Part shown: positions 56,331 through 64,000 of the stretch, in pieces | How the letters are laid out: each line of letters begins with the position of its first letter | Numbering within the stretch: position 1 is the first letter of the stretch | IMG/VR virus record: IMGVR_UViG_3300032038_000021 | Location: 54,901 to 118,900 of that record | Direction: 5' to 3' (one strand) | Origin: a virus | Lineage: Duplodnaviria; Caudoviricetes | DNA: 64,000 bases | Program-made: the position numbers and the translations under genes | The notes under the pieces: model-generated | Told to the model about the DNA's origin: nothing | Database searches by the model: none | Seen by the model: the letters and a program-made list of their open reading frames with translations, nothing else

Positions 56331-58307
56331 TTACTCTTTAGAATTATCCTCCGATCTATTAATCTCCAACTCCGTAAGATTTACACCAGCGAATATATTA
56401 TTATAAAAATCAGACAAGAATCCACCTTCATTATCCCTGAACAAGATAATTTCAGTATCCTTACTTATATCGCTATTTTCTTCGAAGTTTACTTTCTTAC
56501 CTGTTACGTCCATAATATCTTTCAACTTCGCATGAACTGCATTCATAAAGTAGATATTATTACTTTCTTCCTCAGAATCTTCGTTTTCCTCTACAGTATA
56601 CTCACTGGAAGTTTCTACCTGTTCCGGATCACTACCCTGATACTGCTCCAGAACTTCTTTGATTGACAGATTTTCATCCGTCAAATCATTTACATTATTC
56701 TGAGCATCTGTTAATGCAGTTCTGAGAGCTTCATTCTGAGAATTATAACCAATAATCTCCTCTTTCATATTATCAATCTGAGCCTGGAGTTCTGCTATTT
56801 TATCAGAAGCTTCTGCTTCAGCCTCTGCTAACTTATTATTAGCATCTTCCAACTCTTTGATCCTATCATCTTTAACAGTACTATTATTCAACTCTTCTTC
56901 AAGATCTTTGATCTGTGCCTGAAGATTTTCATTTTTCTTGATAGTATCATTCAGCATATTGATCTTATATTCTCTGTCAGTATTAGCAGCCAATAATTTC
57001 GTTTCCAGCATATTAATATCTGATTTAGCTACTTCAAGCTCATGAGCATTATTAGAGAGATTCTCAAAGTCATTAATAAATAACTTCTTTGTATCATTTG
57101 GAATTCTGCTGGGATCTACAACAATCTCATGAATACTATTATTGATCTTTACAGTAAATACCAGATTGTTTCTATTATTTACCTTAGAAAACCTTGCAAA
57201 AGGAATCTTCTGTCCGTTTTCTGTATTTGTAGCTACCGGAACCGGATTATAGTGCTGCTGCTGATATTTTCTCTTATTATTAGATCCGAAATTATATTCG
57301 GTCTTATCTACATTAGGTTCTTTAGTATTGACATCATAGCTGAAGTTTTTCTTGCCAATCACTCTTACCTTAATAGTATTATTATCAGAAACAGTCTGAG
57401 GTTTCTCCTCCTCAATATGCTTAATTACCGGAGATTCTTCCTTGATAATATCCGGTTTCGTAGCATTACCAATTTCAAACTTCTTACCATTCTTTGTGAA
57501 ACTTACTCTGATTTTTGCATCCATTTTTCCGATTCCTTTCATTATTACCTTATTAGTTTTTAAATAACTTCCCAGTTCTTGTGCTCTATAAATAGCACCA
57601 CATTTATTACATCTTAGTGTATTGAAACCTTCGTCATAATCTATCAACCCACCACAGAATCCTCCAGGACTATTTATATCAGGTTTCTTACACACTAAAC
57701 TATTAGGATCATTTATCTCATATAAATACGGGAAATCTAGAAGCACTACTCCAAAATTATTCCTAATTCCAATATTCATAAAGAACTTGGTCCCAATATC
57801 TGCTAAAACATATTTAGAGGTAATCATATCCAGCATTTCAAATACATCTGAAGCTACTGTAATATATTCCTCTCTACTAGTAATAGGCTTAACCCTCTCA
57901 AATACTCCCATAGTACCAGAAGGATCAACTTCAAATACTTTAGTACAAAATGGTTTAAGTTTATGCTGATTAACAAACTCTCTGGGATTATCCATAATAG
58001 CTGTTTTATCAGCAGCAACTTTAACCACTATACTAGGATCTTCGAAATAGGTATAAGCTACTCTATTAGTACCTGCACTGAGTTTTCTAAATCCTCTATT
58101 ATGCATTACCTCATCTATTAATTTATATCTCTTTCTGGGATTACCAGCCAATCTAATAGATGTAGCTATTCTATATACTTCATCTATATCAGATTGAGAA
58201 ACCATACTATATAGAGGTCTTGCCATTAGATGATCGTAATTAAACTCATCTTGAGATACTACTCTAGATTGAATAGTATCTATTATCTTCTGATCAGGAA
58301 GCTCCAT
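56331..58307 (-). CDS. Protein-kinase-like domain, Zn ribbon and long coiled coil
   Basis: LSAGTNRVAY (Gly loop), VVKVA, NPREF, ERV, LADIG...NIG, VLLDF; C...CGG...C..CG; heptad-rich C-terminus. Confidence 0.6.
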   Translation of the reverse strand: MELPDQKIIDTIQSRVVSQDEFNYDHLMARPLYSMVSQSDIDEVYRIATSIRLAGNPRKRYKLIDEVMHNRGFRKLSAGTNRVAYTYFEDPSIVVKVAADKTAIMDNPREFVNQHKLKPFCTKVFEVDPSGTMGVFERVKPITSREEYITVASDVFEMLDMITSKYVLADIGTKFFMNIGIRNNFGVVLLDFPYLYEINDPNSLVCKKPDINSPGGFCGGLIDYDEGFNTLRCNKCGAIYRAQELGSYLKTNKVIMKGIGKMDAKIRVSFTKNGKKFEIGNATKPDIIKEESPVIKHIEEEKPQTVSDNNTIKVRVIGKKNFSYDVNTKEPNVDKTEYNFGSNNKRKYQQQHYNPVPVATNTENGQKIPFARFSKVNNRNNLVFTVKINNSIHEIVVDPSRIPNDTKKLFINDFENLSNNAHELEVAKSDINMLETKLLAANTDREYKINMLNDTIKKNENLQAQIKDLEEELNNSTVKDDRIKELEDANNKLAEAEAEASDKIAELQAQIDNMKEEIIGYNSQNEALRTALTDAQNNVNDLTDENLSIKEVLEQYQGSDPEQVETSSEYTVEENEDSEEESNNIYFMNAVHAKLKDIMDVTGKKVNFEENSDISKDTEIILFRDNEGGFLSDFYNNIFAGVNLTELEINRSEDNSKE

Positions 58308-59626
58308 TATGTCACTCCCTTCATAGCATTCTGTTGAGCATGATTTTGATTATTAAATATAGAGTTTACAAAAGCTCCTCTTCTTAACTCAAATTCATTC
58401 TCTAACTCATCTGTCATTACTACAGGAGTTCCTGCTTGATTCGGAGGACCTATAGGAACATATCCACCTTCCAGTTTTTCTCTGAAAGATGCCATTTCTG
58501 CAGCTACTTGATTACCAAATAATAATCTTGCAGCTTCATCTCTATTTGTAGGAAGAGTATTAATATTACCCCCTTTCAAATCCTGTACAACCTGTTCTTG
58601 ATTCTTCTGTATATTATTCTCTTTAGCATATCTTCTCAAGAACATATGGAATGTATCTGGGGTATAAAATCTAGAAGCATCTTTCATATTATGAATATGA
58701 TTTTCCATTTTATCTTCCAAGATCAAATATCCACAATTATGCAACCATTCATTCAGATTATCAGTCTCAGGCATTAAGCTCCTATACATTCTAGATACAT
58801 TATCAAACTGCTGTTGATAATAAGCACTATTATCTACTGGAACTAATCTATCTAATTTATCCTGAATCTGATATTCCTGAACTTTTGTACCAGGAATTGT
58901 ATAGCTATAACCGTCATAGATACGATCAATTTCTTCTTCAGAAATATCATCCCCTACAATCTTATGCACTAATCTTGATATATTCTTATTAAAATCACTC
59001 CTTCTTTGAATTGCTTGATTTGTCAACTCTTGTACTTGAGCAATATATCTGTTATATACACCTTGATCCATCGTATTCATATAAGGCATTCCATAATAGT
59101 TATATCCATTATAATAACCATTATTGATATAATATCCTTGAATACGTTTCTCGCGTTCTGCTATTACTTTCTCTTGCTCAAGCATCATATCCATCTGTAA
59201 TTGATCACATTGTGCTTCTATCCCCTGTGGTAATAATCCTTTACCATAAGGACTATAACCATCTACAAACACTACTTGATCTTTTACTGGTTGAGGTGCT
59301 TGTTGGAAAAACATTGGCTGCTGAAAATATGGATTATAAACACCAACCGGTTGACTCATTCCCCCTTGAGGTAAGAAATATGGATTTCCTACAAATCCTG
59401 TAAATCCATTATTATAATACTGAGGTTGTACCTGTTGTTGAAAATATGGATTTACCGGTGTATTCATAGGAGCTCCTGTAAATACTGGAGTAGGTTGCTG
59501 TTGTGGAATATATTGTTGTTGTGGGTTATAATTATAAGCATCAGCAACATTGAAAGCAAAATCTCCACTATTATCATTCGGATCTTCCTTCAAAGGTTCT
59601 TTTGTGACGTAATCGTACGTTATCAC
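58307..59626 (-). CDS. Hypothetical protein with Q/P/N/Y-rich low-complexity N-terminus
   Basis: Probable GTG start at 59626 after GAGGAG; repeated NPYF(Q)QQ motifs. Confidence 0.7.
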   Translation of the reverse strand: MITYDYVTKEPLKEDPNDNSGDFAFNVADAYNYNPQQQYIPQQQPTPVFTGAPMNTPVNPYFQQQVQPQYYNNGFTGFVGNPYFLPQGGMSQPVGVYNPYFQQPMFFQQAPQPVKDQVVFVDGYSPYGKGLLPQGIEAQCDQLQMDMMLEQEKVIAEREKRIQGYYINNGYYNGYNYYGMPYMNTMDQGVYNRYIAQVQELTNQAIQRRSDFNKNISRLVHKIVGDDISEEEIDRIYDGYSYTIPGTKVQEYQIQDKLDRLVPVDNSAYYQQQFDNVSRMYRSLMPETDNLNEWLHNCGYLILEDKMENHIHNMKDASRFYTPDTFHMFLRRYAKENNIQKNQEQVVQDLKGGNINTLPTNRDEAARLLFGNQVAAEMASFREKLEGGYVPIGPPNQAGTPVVMTDELENEFELRRGAFVNSIFNNQNHAQQNAMKGVT

Positions 59627-59666
59627 AAAGTTATACTCCTCTCTTTCTAGAAACAAATTTAGTATA

Positions 59667-59708
59667 AATCATATACTATAAACATTTCCATATTTATAGT
59701 ATATGATT
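59667..59708. promoter_or_regulatory. 16-bp inverted repeat made of the early-promoter-like motif (AATCATATACTATAAA)
   Basis: Arms at 59667-59682 and 59693-59708 with a 10-nt loop. Confidence 0.6.
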
Positions 59709-59718
59709 AAATAATATT

Positions 59719-60702
59719 TTAATTATTCATATATTCATTAAACATGATATTGTTCATTAAGCTTTTGGAATTTGTATGTGGATTAGTATCTATAGCAGGC
59801 TGCTGATTGGATGATTTATCTTCAAGCATCTGCTTAGGTGTTCTAGAAATGATACTCATATATAAATTCGTAAAAACATAATACGAATGGTTTACAAGTA
59901 ATTCAACAATCTCAGTAATTTTCATTAAGTCGCTATAAGCAGCTTCATTCAGTATAGAAGATACATACGGCAAATCATTATCATTACTTACCAAAGATCT
60001 ATCAATACCAAGAGAATCAATAGAATCGTTTGCAAATTTTGTAATATCTATAGCAGGTAAAATATCATAAATATACTTACTATAAATATTAGCAATATCC
60101 GCAGATAAGAATGAAATAATTCTTGAAGACTTAACAACCACTTCATTTACACCAACACAATATTTATCGAATTCATTATTTTTATACTTACTATTATAAT
60201 CATAATATTTGGCAGAATCTTTTGGAAGATTATCCTTATCGAATAAATTCTCTACGAGTAGATGCTGACTAGCGAGCATAAACGAATTATAATTAATCAA
60301 TTCGCTATCAGAATCAATAATATACGGCAATACCATAGCTCTGGTATTGGCGTTGAATATAGTAAGAATAGCTGTAGCTATTTCAAACTTAAATCTACTA
60401 TTAATAATATAATCAATATTACTAAGAGTAGTTTTAGCATATTCAACACTTAATTCTGCAGGTGTATTGAATATTTGTTTGCTGATAACATCATTACACC
60501 ATGTCGTATATGATAAAGCTGCAGTATATGCATCGGGTGTAGAAACAACCTTATTCTTACCTTCAGTATTATCTACGCCACTATACGGCATATAACTTAA
60601 TCTACCATTACTATCATAATCAATATCATTAATAATAGCACCACATTTATCCAACTTTACAAAAGGATTCCTCTTATCACTATTCTGATTATCTTCGTTC
60701 AT
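59719..60702 (-). CDS. Hypothetical protein
   Basis: 327-aa ORF with AGGAGG RBS. Confidence 0.7.
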   Translation of the reverse strand: MNEDNQNSDKRNPFVKLDKCGAIINDIDYDSNGRLSYMPYSGVDNTEGKNKVVSTPDAYTAALSYTTWCNDVISKQIFNTPAELSVEYAKTTLSNIDYIINSRFKFEIATAILTIFNANTRAMVLPYIIDSDSELINYNSFMLASQHLLVENLFDKDNLPKDSAKYYDYNSKYKNNEFDKYCVGVNEVVVKSSRIISFLSADIANIYSKYIYDILPAIDITKFANDSIDSLGIDRSLVSNDNDLPYVSSILNEAAYSDLMKITEIVELLVNHSYYVFTNLYMSIISRTPKQMLEDKSSNQQPAIDTNPHTNSKSLMNNIMFNEYMNN

Positions 60703-60715
60703 TATTAATTCCTCC

Positions 60716-61426
60716 TTAAATATAATACCTGGACCCTTGCAGCATATTATACTGCTTTAACTTGTTCTTATGATCAAACGGGGTGAATTCAAATACATCT
60801 TCTTTATTGAAATCATCCCAATTTGCCACCATCTGTAATTGCTTTCTGGAAGTATCATCTACTAAATTATTCATTCTAGATATATACTTAATGAATTTAA
60901 TCTCTACTCTATCTCTTACACCATTAGCGTCAATAAATACATGTATAGCATTGTTGATACTACCATAATTATTTAATTTTACATGACCCTTTTGGTGAAA
61001 GAAATTAATATATAATCCAGAATTTACAATAAGATTAACTATCTCTAAGAATATAGATTGATTCTTTACAGGAGTATTAGTTTTACCAATTAAATCATTT
61101 TCATTATATTTCCATCCGTAGATATAATCTCTAATACCATATATAGATATTTGAGAATCAGAGAATAGATTAAATATAGGCTGATATGGAAATAGATTTC
61201 TCCATTTAATAGCAAGATTTACACCAGATCGTATTGCCCTAATCTCGGCATTATTACTAGTACAATTAGGCATAATTCTATATTCACTATCTATAATCTT
61301 ACCGTTACAACAAACTATTGCTCCATAACATCCAGACATGATTCCATTATAATGTTTAATCATACTGGCGTCTGTAAATATATTTACAACATTATGATTT
61401 ACAAAATTTTCATAAGTAAAGTACAT
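60716..61426 (-). CDS. rnhA: Ribonuclease H (RNase HI-like)
   Basis: IFTDAS, TSNNAEI.AI, FSDSQ, W......VKNQ, HQKGH and NNLVD catalytic motifs; probable ATG at 61426 after AGGAGG. Confidence 0.85.
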   Translation of the reverse strand: MYFTYENFVNHNVVNIFTDASMIKHYNGIMSGCYGAIVCCNGKIIDSEYRIMPNCTSNNAEIRAIRSGVNLAIKWRNLFPYQPIFNLFSDSQISIYGIRDYIYGWKYNENDLIGKTNTPVKNQSIFLEIVNLIVNSGLYINFFHQKGHVKLNNYGSINNAIHVFIDANGVRDRVEIKFIKYISRMNNLVDDTSRKQLQMVANWDDFNKEDVFEFTPFDHKNKLKQYNMLQGSRYYI

Positions 61427-61478
61427 TAAAACATCAATTCCTCCTTTCATTAATATAGTATATTATTAAAAAGGATTT

Positions 61479-61507
61479 TGCTCTAAGGGAATATCCCTTA
61501 GAGCAAT
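61479..61507. terminator. Intrinsic terminator
   Basis: TTGCTCTAAGGG-aatat-CCCTTAGAGCAA. Confidence 0.85.
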
Positions 61508-61521
61508 TATATTATATAATA

Positions 61522-62667
61522 TTACTTATCATATTTAATAAGATCAATAATCTCATTAATATTCTTTAAAAACTCTACAGAGAATTCTTCAAAATCTGCA
61601 CCTTTATAGATATCTAATGTAATGATATTATAGATCGTATAGAACATAAAGCTATGCTCAGGAACAATATTAGGATTATAATTACTACAATACTTACAGA
61701 AAGCAATTAAGAATCTAAGATTATTTGTAGGATCTTCTTCATTATGATTATACCTATTCAAAACATCCAAAGCTATATCAAGAGAATACATATTATATGG
61801 AGATTCTCTATACTTGGCTTCAAAATCACTAAATACTCTAGCTCTAGGTTTTTCCATTTCAATCTTTCTAATCTTCTTCATCTTAGGAACAGCTTCTTTT
61901 ATCCTAGAGAGAGTATAGCTATCATGTATAGCATCCATAGTGTCTGTAATAATCTGTCTCTTATCTACATTATCTTCAGGAATCTTAGAAAGAATCTCTT
62001 TCAGATAATTATCTCTTTCTCTATTATAATCTTTATATAGACTAGATATATTAGTACCCATCTCTTTAAAGATATTTTCTATTTCCGCATTGAAATTCTT
62101 AGTAACACTATTCATTTCAATATATGTAGAGAATTCACCAAGAAGAGATTTAGCAACAGAGTTCTTCATATACCGAACTTGATTGCTTTTCATGGTAGGA
62201 ACAACTCCATTAGATACAAGGAATTGATCTATCATACTCTTAACTTCATCGGGAAATTCATTATAGATATTAGTATTCTTTACAAAATTCTTATTTTCTC
62301 TAATCTTATTAATTAACTTTACAATCTCAAGAGCAGATTCTTCAGATAATTCAAACTTTGGAGAAGAAATAGTAGAATCGTTTACACATTTCTTCACATC
62401 TTCTGCAGTAACTTCATAGTCCCCATTGAAAAGAAGTTCTTCATTAGTAATATCAGATAAAGCATCTCCGATCTTATCTAATCCCTCCTCCATAGATATA
62501 GCTTTATTACTATCTGCTGTAGTATCTTCTCCATTTATATCTTTCTTTACAGGAGTTGTATTAATATCATGGTTATCAAAATCCTCTTCAGGAATACGAG
62601 CAACTTCGTCGTAAATATCATTATCATTATTAATATCAGGTACAGTAATCTTATTCTCGGAATCCAT
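61522..62667 (-). CDS. Hypothetical protein
   Basis: 381-aa ORF with AAGGAG RBS. Confidence 0.7.
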   Translation of the reverse strand: MDSENKITVPDINNDNDIYDEVARIPEEDFDNHDINTTPVKKDINGEDTTADSNKAISMEEGLDKIGDALSDITNEELLFNGDYEVTAEDVKKCVNDSTISSPKFELSEESALEIVKLINKIRENKNFVKNTNIYNEFPDEVKSMIDQFLVSNGVVPTMKSNQVRYMKNSVAKSLLGEFSTYIEMNSVTKNFNAEIENIFKEMGTNISSLYKDYNRERDNYLKEILSKIPEDNVDKRQIITDTMDAIHDSYTLSRIKEAVPKMKKIRKIEMEKPRARVFSDFEAKYRESPYNMYSLDIALDVLNRYNHNEEDPTNNLRFLIAFCKYCSNYNPNIVPEHSFMFYTIYNIITLDIYKGADFEEFSVEFLKNINEIIDLIKYDK

Positions 62668-62693
62668 ATAAAATTCTCCTTTTAATAGTATTT

Positions 62694-63482
62694 TTATTTA
62701 ATATAAGGGTTAGTAGTTGGATCTAGTAATTCTTTATTCTCTATAGTTGCTTCTACGTACTTTAATCTAATTTTTGTAATCATATCAGCACTAGTAGTTT
62801 GATCTACTAAGAATTTAGCAAAGTAGTTCTTATAAATATCTCCTTTATCTGATACATAAGTAGATATAAAATCTGCAGTTTTCTTATCAGAGAGATATGC
62901 TACTAGATCTTCAAAAGGTATATCTAATCCAGCCAATATATCTACAATATAACCCATATTTTCATATACCAATTCAAGATCTTGGTTATTATTATAAATC
63001 TTCTTTACATATGAATTTTTAGATGTTTTATTACTACCACCCAAATTATCAATTCTAATTTTATTAATAATACTATTAATATTATTTAATATATATTGAG
63101 TAAAGAAATTTGTCATTCTTTCTGTAAACTCAGATACAAACAATTGATATAGAATATAGCATACTGAATATAATAATTCATCTGGTATTTCTGTAGTAAT
63201 ATATAACTGATAGTAATCAAGTATAGTACCAATAATACTATTCATAGCACCTACACGTTGCTCTTCTATTTCATTATCATATCCGGTACTATGAGTCTTG
63301 ACATTATTTAACTGCTGGTCTATGATCTCTGGATAATTTGGAGCTCTCAATCCGAATGGTCTAAATCTATAATCGAGAGATTCTCTAATAATATCCTGGA
63401 TCATACCATCTGAGAAATTACTTAGGATAGTAGCTATACCATAATCAGTATAAACACCAACCGAAGCTTCATTATTCTCCAT
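62694..63482 (-). CDS. Hypothetical protein
   Basis: 262-aa ORF with GGAGG RBS; TACA-N6-TAAA at 63576-63589. Confidence 0.7.
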   Translation of the reverse strand: MENNEASVGVYTDYGIATILSNFSDGMIQDIIRESLDYRFRPFGLRAPNYPEIIDQQLNNVKTHSTGYDNEIEEQRVGAMNSIIGTILDYYQLYITTEIPDELLYSVCYILYQLFVSEFTERMTNFFTQYILNNINSIINKIRIDNLGGSNKTSKNSYVKKIYNNNQDLELVYENMGYIVDILAGLDIPFEDLVAYLSDKKTADFISTYVSDKGDIYKNYFAKFLVDQTTSADMITKIRLKYVEATIENKELLDPTTNPYIK

Positions 63483-63644
63483 CGTGATTTATCCTCCATT
63501 AAAATACATACCTTCAGTTATAATAGTTAACAATTAAATTTAGGAGACAAATACATTTTAGAGAACATACATATATTTAATCTATTGTATTACTAGATGT
63601 AATAATTTACAATACCAATTACTATATATTAAAAAGAAAAATAA

Positions 63645-63719
63645 TGGGGACTAGCACAGCTGGCTTTATGCAGCGGTATCATAAACCGAAGAGGCTGGGT
63701 TCGACTCCCAGGTCCTCGA
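63645..63719 (+). tRNA. tRNA with CAT anticodon (Met or Ile2), atypical
   Basis: Acceptor TGGGGAC/GTCCTCG, anticodon arm CGGT-atCATaa-ACCG, T arm CTGGG-TTCGACT-CCCAG. Confidence 0.8.
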
Positions 63720-63756
63720 CTCCAGTTCATATTCATGTTATATTCTTCTTCTTACT

Positions 63757-63783
63757 CCCAGTAGGTTTTTAAGCCTACTGGGA
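63757..63783. terminator. Bidirectional intrinsic terminator
   Basis: TCCCAGTAGG-tttttaag-CCTACTGGGA. Confidence 0.8.
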
Positions 63784-63790
63784 ATTTTAT

Positions 63791-64000
63791 TTATAGATTA
63801 TTTACATCATAAGGAATTCCAAGTTTATCTTTTATAGTACGATCTAGTTCTATCATAAGCTTATTCAAAGCTCCATTCGTAAGAATAGAAGTAACCATTC
63901 GCTTATTAATAGATGATACAGACAACATAGCAGATACTTCTTCATCTGGTCTAAAATCAGTATAAGGTTCTTTACCTTTTTCGATAACTGCACGTAAAGT
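63791..64000 (-). CDS. C-terminal end of a split RNA polymerase beta subunit piece (5' partial)
   Basis: Manual translation TLRAVIEKGKEPYTDFRPDEEVSAMLSVSSINKRMVTSIL resembles beta KG.I..I....DMPY....PVDI.LNP.GVPSRM; stops soon after. Confidence 0.65.
   Translation of the reverse strand, partial: TLRAVIEKGKEPYTDFRPDEEVSAMLSVSSINKRMVTSILTNGALNKLMIELDRTIKDKLGIPYDVNNL

Overview
AT-rich segment of a jumbo phage of the AR9/phiKZ type, inferred from split multisubunit RNA polymerase beta' and beta pieces, phoH, nrdH-like/nrdD/nrdG, RNase H, a tRNA(CAT) and a ~40 kb minus-strand tail fibre/baseplate module. The class III RNR and GGAGG ribosome-binding sites suggest an anaerobic Firmicute host. The main discovery is at 683-11726. 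One expressed master gene (11726-11085) has a constant Mtd-N/hyaluronidase-like N-terminus, an AAT-GAT-GAT (N-D-D) junction and a ~95 aa C-terminal tip domain. It is followed by 17 co-oriented open frames with no evident RBS, most with no start codon at their 5' end. Each begins in frame at the same (T)GATGA(T/A) motif (one AATGAT variant) and encodes an alternative receptor-binding-like tip. A duplicated unit whose ends fall exactly on two successive motifs indicates that motif-to-motif cassettes move at the DNA level. This looks like an integron-like, non-inverting and non-DGR tail-tip cassette library; no recombinase is visible in the window. Also notable are repeated acidic D(F/Y)GxE and IDGG peptides on fibre ends and the giant structural protein (possible docking sites for the variable tip protein), two phage promoter motifs, a GT2 glycosyltransferase among the fibre genes and a kinase-like protein. 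All family assignments are by eye, without database searches.
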